Below, in pieces: positions 9,127 through 18,159 of a stretch of 64,000 bases of DNA; the first letter of the stretch is position 1, and each line of letters begins with the position of its first letter. Made by a program: the position numbers and the translations under genes. The notes beneath the pieces were generated by a model, which saw only the letters and a list, made by a program, of their open reading frames with translations, did no database searches and had not been told where the DNA came from. Source of the stretch: an uncultured Candidatus Saccharibacteria bacterium (GTDB taxonomy: Bacteria; Patescibacteriota; Doudnabacteria; UBA920); contig CAZHIA010000006.1 in the NCBI GenBank assembly GCA_964532425.1, forward strand, positions 65,343 through 129,342, read 5' to 3'.

Positions 9127-9294
9127 ATGCAGTTCGTGCAGGTTTTGAAATGGGCTGTAATAGCCCTAAGTGCGGTTTCGTTCGTTGGCTGCCTTTGGGC
9201 CATCGGATCAAAGAAATTTGATGATGAACCGGACTCGGCATTCGTCTGGGGACTCGTCACATCTTTCGTGGCTTTTTGCCTCGCATCTTCCTAA
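9127..9294 (+). CDS. small membrane protein
   Basis: GGAGG SD 7 nt before ATG. Two hydrophobic segments. Confidence 0.45.
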   Translation: MQFVQVLKWAVIALSAVSFVGCLWAIGSKKFDDEPDSAFVWGLVTSFVAFCLASS

Positions 9295-9303
9295 GGAGGG
9301 ATA

Positions 9304-9519
9304 ATGTGGAACTTCTTCGCCACGGCATCGTGGCAGCGTTGCTTGGCTGCCTTGATGGTGATGGCCATCGTGGTTTTGGGGATCATGACGATCCTCGGCC
9401 CTGAACGCACGGGCGATCTCGTGAAGTATATTATCGCCATTGCCGTGACAGTGTTCATGCTTTCACGAGTGTTCCGCCGACGCGGCGGACACGGAGGAGG
9501 CAACGGCAAGCACCGTTGA
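9304..9519 (+). CDS. small membrane protein with Gly-rich basic tail
   Basis: AGGAGGG SD. Hydrophobic core, then RRRGGHGGGNGKHR tail. Confidence 0.45.
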   Translation: MWNFFATASWQRCLAALMVMAIVVLGIMTILGPERTGDLVKYIIAIAVTVFMLSRVFRRRGGHGGGNGKHR

Positions 9520-9543
9520 AAAAGGAATGCGGCCACTTTAAAA

Positions 9544-9576
9544 GGCTCTCGGATTTTGCGAGAGCCTTCTTTTTTA
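9544..9576 (+). terminator. rho-independent terminator
   Basis: GGCTCTCG-gattttg-CGAGAGCC followed by a T-run. Confidence 0.7.
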
Positions 9577-9685
9577 TATAACCAATGTTTTTGCTTTTTT
9601 GTAGGGGCCGCCTTTAGGCGCCCAAAAGCGATCAGTTGCTAATGGGCGGGCAGCTGTCGCTCGCCCCTACTCTGACATGCACTAA

Positions 9686-11197
9686 TTATAGTTTGCTTAA
9701 CGCCTTCTCTATTCTTTCCACTACACTCCCCTTCCCCTTACCGAGTGCCAGCGTGGCAGCAACATCAAACGGCGGCGGGCTAAATTGCATACCTGTCAAA
9801 GCGACTCGCATGGGCCATAAAACAGAGCCGTTATCATACCCCTTGTCCGTAATGAACTGTTTGATTGCGGCTTCCAGATCGGCCTTGGTGAATTTCCCCT
9901 CTTCAAGCGCGGCCAGGAGACCTTTCAATTCAGAGAGGATGGCCTTCGTTGCTTCAGGAGTTGATTTCTTCCAGACCAAGAGACTGCCTTCGTATTCCGG
10001 TTCAAAGAAGAAATAGCGAGTCCGCTCCCCTATTTCGGAGAGCTTTTTCAGACGTTCTTTTTCCAAACCGGCTATGGCTTCCAAATATTCGTGCTTTTGC
10101 CCTGCTGTATCTATGCCTGCCTCCTGCCAATATGGCATCAATTGATCGGCCAATGCCGAGTTATCCGTGGCGCGGATGTACAAGCTGTTCATCCAATCTA
10201 ACTTATTGAGATCGAAAATTGCTCCGGCGCGGTTAACCTTGTCAAGATCAAACTGTGCGATCAGATCGTTCATGGTAAAAACTTCCTGTTCGGTTTTGGG
10301 GTTCCAGCCGAGGAAGGCTACAAAGTTGATCAGAGCTTCTTTGAGGTAGCCTTTTTTGAGGAAGTCCTCGACAGCTACGTCGCCCTGGCGTTTGCTGAGT
10401 TTAGATTTGTCTGGATTTAAGATGAGCGGCAAGTGGGCGAACTGCGGCGCCTGCCAGCCGAATGACTGATAGAGGAGAATATGCTTAGGCGTGGATGGGA
10501 TCCATTCCTCGCCGCGGATGACATGGCTGATCTCCATGAGGTGGTCATCGACGACCACTGCCAAATGATAGGTTGGAAATCCGTCGGATTTTAAGATGAC
10601 CTGGTCGTCGAGGGTTTTATGCTCGTACGTGATATCGCCATAAATAAGATCATGAATCGTAGTCGAGCCTTCCAGCGGGATGGCCTGCCTCACCACTGGG
10701 CGCTTGCCGGCAGTTTTGAATTCTTCCAGTTTGGAAGCGACCTGCTCCTTGGTCAGGCTGCGGCAGAGACGGTCATACATAGGAGGCTTTTTGAGTGCGG
10801 TCTGTTCCTTTCGTACTTCTTCCAGCCGCTCTTCGCTGCAAAAACAGTAGTAGGCGCTCCCCTTCTCGATCAATTCCTCGGCATACTTGTGATAGATATC
10901 GAGCCGTTTGGATTGCAAATAAGGACCCTTGTCACCCCGCTCCTGCACGTGTCCGCTGTCATCTAGATAATATCCTTCATCGAACTCGATGCCCATGTGC
11001 TTCATTACGCGCAACAGATTTTCGACCGCGCCTTCCACGTAGCGGTTCTGGTCAGTGTCCTCGATGCGCAGGATATTGGTCCCCTGATTGTGCCGGGCAT
11101 ACAGAAAAGAAAAAAGCGCGGTTCTCAAGGAACCGATGTGTACGTACCCTGTTGGGCTCGGCGCGAACCGGACGCGTACTGGTGTGGTGTCGGGCAT
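9686..11197 (-). CDS. gltX: glutamyl-tRNA synthetase
   Basis: HIGH motif (PSPTGYVHIG), KMSKS-like motif KLSKR, class I catalytic-core architecture. Confidence 0.9.
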   Translation of the reverse strand: MPDTTPVRVRFAPSPTGYVHIGSLRTALFSFLYARHNQGTNILRIEDTDQNRYVEGAVENLLRVMKHMGIEFDEGYYLDDSGHVQERGDKGPYLQSKRLDIYHKYAEELIEKGSAYYCFCSEERLEEVRKEQTALKKPPMYDRLCRSLTKEQVASKLEEFKTAGKRPVVRQAIPLEGSTTIHDLIYGDITYEHKTLDDQVILKSDGFPTYHLAVVVDDHLMEISHVIRGEEWIPSTPKHILLYQSFGWQAPQFAHLPLILNPDKSKLSKRQGDVAVEDFLKKGYLKEALINFVAFLGWNPKTEQEVFTMNDLIAQFDLDKVNRAGAIFDLNKLDWMNSLYIRATDNSALADQLMPYWQEAGIDTAGQKHEYLEAIAGLEKERLKKLSEIGERTRYFFFEPEYEGSLLVWKKSTPEATKAILSELKGLLAALEEGKFTKADLEAAIKQFITDKGYDNGSVLWPMRVALTGMQFSPPPFDVAATLALGKGKGSVVERIEKALSKL

Positions 11198-11275
11198 GGG
11201 AGTGAGATTAAAAATGCCCTTAAATTATAGTACTTTTCGCAATCAGTGGCAACAGGAGGGTGATAATAAGCCCAG

Positions 11276-11303
11276 CGTAGGGGCGGGTCGCGACCCGCCC
11301 CTA
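11276..11303. repeat. GC-rich perfect 28-bp palindrome
   Basis: GTAGGGGCGGGTCGCGACCCGCCCCTAC in an AT-rich leader upstream of gltX. Confidence 0.6.
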
Positions 11304-11385
11304 CAAGGGTAGGGACATCCGTTTGTATATTGACTGGCTAGTGCCTTGATGCTACTCTGTAATGTCCGAAGAAACAGGAGGTGCT

Positions 11386-11571
11386 ATGTCATACTTGATC
11401 CTTTACACGAGTCAGCTTCTTGGCTGGAGCGAGGACCACAAGGAAATCAGACAACTCGTGGATAAAAAGGAGTGTTTCGCGGCAAGAAATGATGAGGAGG
11501 CGAAGCGTATTTTTGAGAGAAAGAGAGTGGTGACCGGAATGGATGGAGTCCTCTTCCGGAAGGTCGAGTGA
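11386..11571 (+). CDS. hypothetical small protein
   Basis: AGGAGG SD 5 nt upstream. ORF opens at 11362. Confidence 0.4.
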   Translation: MSYLILYTSQLLGWSEDHKEIRQLVDKKECFAARNDEEAKRIFERKRVVTGMDGVLFRKVE

Positions 11572-11604
11572 CGGTTGAAACCTGTTCAACGTGAGGGAGG
11601 AATT

Positions 11605-11784
11605 ATGCTTAAACAGCTCATTGCTGATGCAATAGCTGCTGCTCTGCTTGTCTTTATTGTCGCCATGATATATCGAAGCGGCAAACTCAATATCTGGTGG
11701 GCAATTGGCCTGGCAGTATTTGGTTGCAATCTCGTCGAGTCGCTTCTCAAGCGGTATGCGGGACTCGGTAGTGGGATCAACTAA
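11605..11784 (+). CDS. small membrane protein
   Basis: GGGAGG SD. Two TM helices. Confidence 0.4.
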   Translation: MLKQLIADAIAAALLVFIVAMIYRSGKLNIWWAIGLAVFGCNLVESLLKRYAGLGSGIN

Positions 11785-11900
11785 ATCTGAGAGCGTCGCA
11801 ATATGCATTTAACAGCAGTCCTGTCCTTTGGGCTGCTGTTTTTTATATGTAAAGTCTCTACGGCTTCTAATCTTTCAAAATTTTCTATCTTTCTATTTTT

Positions 11901-13262
11901 CTATAGTCCCGGCATATCGCTCAGTGCCAGCTCAGTTACCGGGCGCTTTTGCGGGTGGATTGAGGTAAGTAGCTTGTCGATCGGCACCCACTTGTACTCC
12001 ACGAATTCTTCCTGGTCGAGCTTGATTTCCGATTCTTCTCCGGTGAAGCGGAAGAAGAAGATCTTCTGTTCCTGGCCGCGGTGCTTGAATTTGGAATGCA
12101 GCGGGAGTTTGCGTGCTGTTGACCAGGAGTATCGGTAGACGTGGTCGGAAATCTTGAGCAGCTCCAAACTCTTCATTCCCGTCTCTTCGAACACTTCTCG
12201 GCGGGCACCATCAACGGGTCGTTCCCCCTCTTCAATGCCGCCTTGGGGTAACTGCCAAAAATCATCCGTGCCGCGCGGGCTTTGGCCGAATTTTTTGATG
12301 AATTTGTTATCAGGATTGAAGCGGGCAATAAAGACCTGATTGTCCTTATTAAGGATGAAGCTCATGGCATTTTGCCGGTATGGGAGCGTACTGAAAAATT
12401 TATATTTTATGAGCAGCCAAGAAAGGCCTGCGGTGGCTTGCCATATCCTTTTGACCCGGTATGGCTGGGTAACCAGCCGCCACAGCCATTCCAGGCCGAT
12501 GCGGCGGATGAATGCAGGCGGTAGTGCACGCTTGCCGGCAATGTAATCAAATGTCCCTCCCACGCCGATTGCAAGCGTGGCGGGTAGGTTGTGCAGATGC
12601 TGAGCGATCCATTCTTCCTGGCGAATCGGGCCGAAGGCGACAAAGATCATATCCGGCTTGGTGGCTGCAATGTCAGTCATGATGCTCGGGTCGTGGGGGT
12701 GCTTGTTTGAATACCCGACAATATTGAGATTCGGGTATTGGTCTGTGAGTTTGCGGGCCGCCAGCTTGGGCGTGTCGCCAAAACCCCCGAGGAGGTACAC
12801 GGACTTTTGTTCCTGCGCGGCAAGCTTACAGAGGTCCCAAGTGACATCCGCTCCGGCGATTTTTTCCGGAATAACAGTTTTGATCCAGGCCGGATTGAGG
12901 AGTACTGCGGCACTGGAATAGAACAACTGCCACATGGTCTGCAGGAACTTTTTGTAATACCCTCCCTCCGCTGCCGGCAGGCTGAGGAATTTCGCCGCTA
13001 GCAGGATACCGACCCCATCGGGTATAGAAATATCCGCCGTATTGAGTAATTCCAAAATGTGCTGGCTGCGCAGGGCCCGGTAGAGAAATTCCGAATATGG
13101 AGTTATGACAAAAGTCTTCTGGCCGGTGCGAAGCCGTTCAGTCACTGTTTCTAAGAATATCCGTTTTGTTATATTGTTTACTTTCAGGCCTGCAATATCG
13201 ATGCAATCCATAGTGCCATTATACAAAACTTTGGAGCTGCTGACGAGGTTGTCTTCAGCCAT
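11901..13262 (-). CDS. WecG/TagA-family glycosyltransferase fused to C-terminal NUDIX hydrolase
   Basis: The N-terminal about 300 aa resemble WecB/TagA/CpsF-family proteins. The C-terminus carries the Nudix box GGIEEGERPVDGARREVFEETG. Confidence 0.7.
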   Translation of the reverse strand: MAEDNLVSSSKVLYNGTMDCIDIAGLKVNNITKRIFLETVTERLRTGQKTFVITPYSEFLYRALRSQHILELLNTADISIPDGVGILLAAKFLSLPAAEGGYYKKFLQTMWQLFYSSAAVLLNPAWIKTVIPEKIAGADVTWDLCKLAAQEQKSVYLLGGFGDTPKLAARKLTDQYPNLNIVGYSNKHPHDPSIMTDIAATKPDMIFVAFGPIRQEEWIAQHLHNLPATLAIGVGGTFDYIAGKRALPPAFIRRIGLEWLWRLVTQPYRVKRIWQATAGLSWLLIKYKFFSTLPYRQNAMSFILNKDNQVFIARFNPDNKFIKKFGQSPRGTDDFWQLPQGGIEEGERPVDGARREVFEETGMKSLELLKISDHVYRYSWSTARKLPLHSKFKHRGQEQKIFFFRFTGEESEIKLDQEEFVEYKWVPIDKLLTSIHPQKRPVTELALSDMPGL

Positions 13263-13267
13263 CGACT

Positions 13268-13561
13268 GTGGTAGTGTGTAGCAAGACCCCGAAACTCGAA
13301 ATGGAGGAAAATATGGACCTCGGCATGATCCTGTTAAGTTTCGCGCGACCGACGAGTGACCGGAACTTATCCGGTTTTTCGCTGACTACTGCTGTATGCT
13401 ATCTTTCCGGTGTACTTCTGATCTTGGCAAGCTTAACACTGCCCCCTTCTCGGCTCGGTGAGCATCCCGATATGTTTGTTGCCGCAACCACCGGTACGGC
13501 AGTTGGCGTGTTCTTGCTCATGGTGGCGCTCATTCAACTCCTTAATTCACATGATGCGTGA
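13268..13561 (+). CDS. hypothetical membrane protein
   Basis: ORF only. Start uncertain because it is divergent and almost abuts the neighbouring start. Confidence 0.3.
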   Translation: MVVCSKTPKLEMEENMDLGMILLSFARPTSDRNLSGFSLTTAVCYLSGVLLILASLTLPPSRLGEHPDMFVAATTGTAVGVFLLMVALIQLLNSHDA

Positions 13562-13630
13562 CCTGTCAGCCGGCCACGGAAATCGTATCAGCAGACTCTC
13601 GAGCATGATCTGCCTATGAGGTACTAGAAT

Positions 13631-13660
13631 AAGGGCGCCTATACCGCCCTTTTTTGTTTT
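13631..13660 (+). terminator. rho-independent terminator
   Basis: AAGGGCG-cctatac-CGCCCTT followed by TTTTTGTTTT. Confidence 0.65.
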
Positions 13661-13729
13661 GGAAAAATGTTGTATACTTTTGTCAGTTCGATTTTTTTTG
13701 CTTGCTATCCCAGGAGGATTTATTTTGCA

Positions 13730-14035
13730 ATGTCACGGATACTCACTAGTATTCCACGTGAGCTGGCAGCGCTCCACCCGAATGGCAATCCCGTTGAGCG
13801 GTTGGATATCGCGGTGTTGCACCAGACACTTGAAGATTTAGACAAGGGCGAACAGGGGGAGTTTATGGACGCCGCCCTCTATTTCTTCAGGGATGACAGT
13901 AGGCTTGCCTACCCATATTCATTCAGCCAGGTCTGTCGCCGGCTCGGACTGGATGCCAATGGAGTGGCCCTCAAATTATGGGCCAGCTTGGACCCCGGTA
14001 GCCGCACTCAATTTCATCAATACGTGCAGTCATAA
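13730..14035 (+). CDS. hypothetical protein
   Basis: Start at MSRIL after an AGGAGG. Terminator hairpin at 14055..14079. Confidence 0.45.
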   Translation: MSRILTSIPRELAALHPNGNPVERLDIAVLHQTLEDLDKGEQGEFMDAALYFFRDDSRLAYPYSFSQVCRRLGLDANGVALKLWASLDPGSRTQFHQYVQS

Positions 14036-14108
14036 ACAGGCTTGCCGAGCTCCGAAAGGACCCGTCTGGGTCCTTTTTTCTTATCGAATTTTCCTGTATA
14101 CTGTTTGT

Positions 14109-14402
14109 ATGGACAGTATTGGGAACATAGCCAAGTTTGCCAAGAAAAGGCCGGAGAAGCCCGCAGTTGATACGCACCTCCACTCCCCTGCCCATGTCCT
14201 GGCTGACGAGCTCTCGGTCAAGCTAAAGGACAAGAAGCATTTCGGCTTTTACCTCAAAATGGCCACTTTGTATGACCATGGTTTTTTGCGTAAGCTATGC
14301 GGAGAAGTCCTGGAGAATAAGAATGTTAAAACTCCTGGGCGTTTGTTCGCCTACCTCATTAAGAAACGGAATGAGGAAGCCAGGCAAATACCCAACAATT
14401 GA
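14109..14402 (+). CDS. hypothetical protein
   Basis: Start moved to MDSIG (ORF opens at 13893, overlapping the previous gene). Basic C-terminus. Confidence 0.4.
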   Translation: MDSIGNIAKFAKKRPEKPAVDTHLHSPAHVLADELSVKLKDKKHFGFYLKMATLYDHGFLRKLCGEVLENKNVKTPGRLFAYLIKKRNEEARQIPNN

Positions 14403-14403
14403 C

Positions 14404-14470
14404 CTGTAACATTTAACTTTTGACTATCACCCAAGGTCAAAGGTTAAAGGTCAAATGTCAAATGTTGAAT
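14404..14470. repeat. word-repeat inverted element (GTCAAATG/GTTAAAGG family), copy a
   Basis: Arms ACATTTAACTTTTGAC ... GGTCAAAGGTTAAAGGTCAAATGTCAAATGT, just upstream of def. Confidence 0.7.
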
Positions 14471-14991
14471 GTACTATGATTCTCCCTATCGTCATCTATC
14501 CTAATAAAATCCTTCGTGAGCCGGCCCAGCCGGTTGAGTTTCCATTGTCTAAGGAAATGGTAAAGCTGACGAAAGATATGATGGACACGGTACGGAACGC
14601 CGATGGAATCGGTCTCGCCGCTCCGCAAGTGGGCAAGCCGTACCGGCTTATCGTCATCAATCTGGAAAAAAACGGCGTACCGCTTATCGCCCTCTATAAT
14701 CCCAAAGTGGTTTCCCGGGGGTTTAAAAAAGTGGAAGTTGAAGAAGGCTGCCTGTCGTTGCCGGGTGTGTTCGGTATGGTCAAGCGACCGAAGAAGGTTA
14801 CAATCCAGGCACAAAACATGCAAGGTGAATTGGTGAAAATAACCGACGAGGGCTGGGTGGCCCGCATTGGCCAGCATGAGATCGATCATTTGAATGGCAG
14901 GCTGATTATCGACATGATCTCCAAGTACACCCAGGGTGGTGAGATTGCCAAAGAGTGGGAAAAAAACTACAAATCTACAAATAAGCGCTAA
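14455..14991 (+). CDS. def: peptide deformylase
   Basis: Motifs GIGLAAPQ, EGCLSLPG and QHEIDHLNG. An alternative start is Met at 14476. Confidence 0.9.
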   Translation: MSNVECTMILPIVIYPNKILREPAQPVEFPLSKEMVKLTKDMMDTVRNADGIGLAAPQVGKPYRLIVINLEKNGVPLIALYNPKVVSRGFKKVEVEEGCLSLPGVFGMVKRPKKVTIQAQNMQGELVKITDEGWVARIGQHEIDHLNGRLIIDMISKYTQGGEIAKEWEKNYKSTNKR

Positions 14992-15045
14992 TCTACAAAT
15001 ACCTACAAATTCCTCTAAGTGCATTTGTAGGTATTTGTAGATTAG
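14988..15045. repeat. perfect 23-bp-stem hairpin built from reiterated CTACAAAT words
   Basis: CTAATCTACAAATACCTACAAAT - 12 nt - ATTTGTAGGTATTTGTAGATTAG. Overlaps the def stop codon. No T-run. Confidence 0.8.
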
Positions 15046-15067
15046 TATTAATCCGAAGATTCGTAGT

Positions 15068-15604
15068 ATGAAATTTATTAAAGATATTCTCTTCTTCGAT
15101 TTTCAGGCTACGGGTATGGATCCCGATAAGGATAACATTATCCAACTTTCAGCTGTGCTGCTGGATAAGGATAATCTTCTTGAAAAAGGCAATTTCAATT
15201 CGTTCATTAGGATTTCGTACTTGGAAGGTACGATCACCCAGCACGCCAAACTCCTGCATATCGATTATGAAGTCTTGCGCAAGAGTCCGAAGATTTACGA
15301 TGTGGCTAAAACTTTCCATACGACGTTCGGTTCCAATCTGCTACTCGCGACCAACAACCTCACCAATTTGCTGTTCTTGAAAAGCGGGTTTAAAAAGGCG
15401 CTGGTGCCTTTCGATTACGACCCCCACATTATTGAACTGTGGACGCTCGGATATGTATACACTCTCAATTACGGATTGAAGAAAATGCCGACCTTTAATA
15501 CGTTTGTCGAGTATTTTAAATTAAAACAAGAACGGCCGTGGGACAGCCTGGAAAAAGTAAGATTAGAGGCAGAAATTTTCAGGAAGATAATTAAAGAAGC
15601 ATAG
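15068..15604 (+). CDS. DEDDh-like 3'-5' exonuclease paralog, catalytic residues degenerate
   Basis: Overall similarity to the downstream paralog. The Exo I motif reads FDFQATG (Glu replaced by Gln) and the C-terminal HxxxxD motif is missing. Confidence 0.55.
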   Translation: MKFIKDILFFDFQATGMDPDKDNIIQLSAVLLDKDNLLEKGNFNSFIRISYLEGTITQHAKLLHIDYEVLRKSPKIYDVAKTFHTTFGSNLLLATNNLTNLLFLKSGFKKALVPFDYDPHIIELWTLGYVYTLNYGLKKMPTFNTFVEYFKLKQERPWDSLEKVRLEAEIFRKIIKEA

Positions 15605-15650
15605 TAATCTCGAATATAACGAATATAGCGCAAATATACCAATAGCTATT
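15602..15650. repeat. 36-nt shared motif + AGCT-centred palindrome, copy 1
   Basis: TAGTAATCTCGAATATAACGAATATAGCGCAAAT followed by CCAATAGCTATTGG. Confidence 0.6.
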
Positions 15651-15728
15651 GGCCGTTCAAATAAACAAAGGACGGGGTGCGGTATTTGTATATTGGTGCT
15701 TGATTCGTAAATTAGAGAACCCTACTGT

Positions 15729-16292
15729 ATGAATTTCAAAAAAGACATTCTCCTTATTGACACCGAGTTTTCAGGTTTCGATCTCAAAAAACACGAATTG
15801 CTGCAGATTGCGGCGGTGTTGCTCGACAAGAAAACCTTGAAAGAAAAGAAGAGTTTTTGCAGTTATATCAAACCGACCCGCTGGAAGCATCGCGACGCGC
15901 AGGCGATGGCGGTCAACCAGATTACCTGGGAAATGGTAAAAGATGCTCCGTCATTGCGGCAGGTGATCTCCGCATTTGACGAGTTGTTCGACCATCAAGA
16001 AGTACTGCTAGCATCGTACGTCGGGTTTGCGGATAAACGCTACCTCTTGGAAGTGTACAGTAAGCTTGGGCTGCCGTTCAGGTTCGACTACCATTACTTT
16101 GACGTCTGGTCGGCATGTTATGCTTACTTTGCAGCCAAAGGCTTGCTGAAGAGCAAAAAGGATTTTGCCGGATTTGGCATGGATTACGGCATCAAACATT
16201 TTCAAATCCCCTCTTTCGGCAAACAGCACGATGCCTTAAACGATTGCCGTATCGAAGCGGAATTGTTGAGAAGAGTAATGAAAGAAATATAG
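15729..16292 (+). CDS. DEDDh 3'-5' exonuclease (DnaQ/oligoribonuclease-like)
   Basis: Exo I motif LIDTEFSG. Exo III motif HDALNDC near the C-terminus. Confidence 0.7.
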   Translation: MNFKKDILLIDTEFSGFDLKKHELLQIAAVLLDKKTLKEKKSFCSYIKPTRWKHRDAQAMAVNQITWEMVKDAPSLRQVISAFDELFDHQEVLLASYVGFADKRYLLEVYSKLGLPFRFDYHYFDVWSACYAYFAAKGLLKSKKDFAGFGMDYGIKHFQIPSFGKQHDALNDCRIEAELLRRVMKEI

Positions 16293-16294
16293 TG

Positions 16295-16406
16295 CAACAT
16301 TTGACATTTAACCTTTAACCAGTAACTTACCTGCCCACCGCAGTCGTATCGGGGCGAGTGATTTTTGCAAATTGGTCAAATGTCAATTGTCAAAGGTTAA
16401 ATGTTA
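16295..16406. repeat. word-repeat inverted element, copy b (about 110 bp, MITE-like)
   Basis: Arms CAACATTTGACATTTAACCTTTAACC ... GGTCAAATGTCAATTGTCAAAGGTTAAATGTTAC flank a 50-bp GC-rich core, between the exonuclease gene and fmt. Confidence 0.7.
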
Positions 16407-16420
16407 CTAAAATCCATACT

Positions 16421-17344
16421 ATGCGCATAGTTTTTTTTGGAACCTCGAACGTTGCTTTGCCGGTTTTGGACCTGCTGCAGCGGACCTATGAAGTTGCGGC
16501 TGTTGTGACGCAGCCGGATAAACCGGTTGGCCGCAAACAAGAACTGTCTCAAAGCCCGGTATCGGTCTTGGCCCAGGAGATGGGTGTAAAAACACTGAAA
16601 CCAGACCGGGTCAAAGGCAATGATCTGTTTAGAATGGAACTGGCTGGTTTAAACGCAGATCTTTTTATCGTAGTTGCGTATGGGAAAATATTGCCCAAGG
16701 AAATCATTGAGATGCCTCGTCTGAAGACTCTCAACGTACATTTTTCCCAGCTTCCCAAATACCGTGGTCCCTCCCCCATCCAGTTCGCGCTCTTAAACGG
16801 CGACCCGGTCACGGCGACGAGCATCATGGTGCTCGATGAAGAATTGGACCACGGCCCGGTCCTGACTGCCGAAAAATACACCATCGCATCGGATGATAAC
16901 TATTTGAGCTTGTCGACGAACCTTGCTCATGTTTCCGCCCGGGTGCTCAGCACGATGCTGCCTGACTATGCGGAAGGTCGCCTAGCTGCTGTCGAACAGG
17001 ACCATGCGCAGGCTACCTATACCAAGATCATCACCAAGGATGATGGTCGTGTTGACTGGAGTAAAACGAGCCGGCAAATTTACAATCAATTCAGGGCGTT
17101 CTTCCCCTGGCCCGGCATTTGGACGAAATGGAATGGCAAGGTCCTAAAAATTACCGATTGCTCGGTACTTGAGGGACAGGTTTCTGACCAGCCCGGTACC
17201 GTACTGGACGGCGGAACAGTCGCCTGCGGGGACGGCACACTGCTCCGCATTTCCAGCCTGCAGCTGGAAGGGAAAGCGGAAACGGATATTGCTAGCTTTT
17301 TAAATGGCTACCGGAATTTTACCGGGAGCAAGCTGGGAGAATAA
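16421..17344 (+). CDS. fmt: methionyl-tRNA formyltransferase
   Basis: Start at MRIVFFGT. Formyltransferase N-domain plus C-terminal domain. Classic def-fmt neighbourhood. Confidence 0.9.
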   Translation: MRIVFFGTSNVALPVLDLLQRTYEVAAVVTQPDKPVGRKQELSQSPVSVLAQEMGVKTLKPDRVKGNDLFRMELAGLNADLFIVVAYGKILPKEIIEMPRLKTLNVHFSQLPKYRGPSPIQFALLNGDPVTATSIMVLDEELDHGPVLTAEKYTIASDDNYLSLSTNLAHVSARVLSTMLPDYAEGRLAAVEQDHAQATYTKIITKDDGRVDWSKTSRQIYNQFRAFFPWPGIWTKWNGKVLKITDCSVLEGQVSDQPGTVLDGGTVACGDGTLLRISSLQLEGKAETDIASFLNGYRNFTGSKLGE

Positions 17345-17357
17345 ATGTAAATAACAA

Positions 17358-17389
17358 TCCCGCAACGGTAGTCGTTGCGGGATTTTTGG
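17358..17389. terminator. bidirectional intrinsic terminator
   Basis: ATCCCGCAACG-gtagt-CGTTGCGGGAT followed by TTTTT. Confidence 0.75.
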
Positions 17390-17405
17390 TTGAGCGTGCG
17401 TATGG

Positions 17406-18017
17406 CTATGCGCAGCGCGAAAGAGTTCTCTCTTTGTGATGATACAGCAGGATGGTCATCATGATCGTCTCGATCACAAAAAAGGTGACCGGTTGCGCCG
17501 CCTCCTTGAATTCAATGAGAGCGAGCGAGGCGGGGTCGAAGGTCAGATTCGGAATTCCTGCGACTCCCAAAGCACATGAGACCCAATAGATGCTCCAGGC
17601 CAGCAGATTTTCATTTCGCCAGTTCTCGAACGTCGGCTTGGAAGCCATGAAGGTCACTGCACAGCTGGTCAAGATGGCGAGGCTTGGAGCAACAAACAGG
17701 AAGATGATGCCTGCGATGGCAGCGATCAGATACTTCCTGTCTTTGGGTTCCCAGCCTTTTTGTCCGTACTTGAACACAGTGGCGAGGACGATAAGTCCGC
17801 CAAAACTGACCCCAATGATCTGGCCCAAGCCTTCGGCGCGTTTGCGGATCATGCCGATCATGTTGATCCAGTCCAGGGACATCCAAATGAGCCAGCTGAC
17901 TTTTTTCGGTCCAGGTTTTCCTTGGCGCCCACCCTGGATGGTGGCGATGATATACGGAATAAACCCTACAATGAACAGCGTACCTGACAGTAACCGGAGC
18001 CACTCTTTGAGTGACAT
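17406..18017 (-). CDS. polytopic membrane protein, function unknown
   Basis: About 6 hydrophobic segments. Confidence 0.55.
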   Translation of the reverse strand: MSLKEWLRLLSGTLFIVGFIPYIIATIQGGRQGKPGPKKVSWLIWMSLDWINMIGMIRKRAEGLGQIIGVSFGGLIVLATVFKYGQKGWEPKDRKYLIAAIAGIIFLFVAPSLAILTSCAVTFMASKPTFENWRNENLLAWSIYWVSCALGVAGIPNLTFDPASLALIEFKEAAQPVTFFVIETIMMTILLYHHKERTLSRCA

Positions 18018-18159
18018 CTCCCCTCCTTAAAACTGTAATCTGAATTCCTTATATTTAAGCATAAAATATTATTTTTGTCAATTTCAATCAATTACTCAAA
18101 TTTAAAATCCCTGCAACACTTTCGTACTGCAGGGATTGCACTTTTTTTGAGGTAGAAGA

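Noticed and set aside
9636-11312. Numerous 60-140-aa ORFs on both strands inside gltX (for example 9636..10016, 10795..11205, 10997..11230).
   Set aside because: They are fully embedded in a gene with unmistakable class I aaRS motifs and have no SD or independent support. The same reasoning applies to small embedded ORFs across the window (inside the GH gene, the MVP-like gene and the GGDEF-EAL gene).
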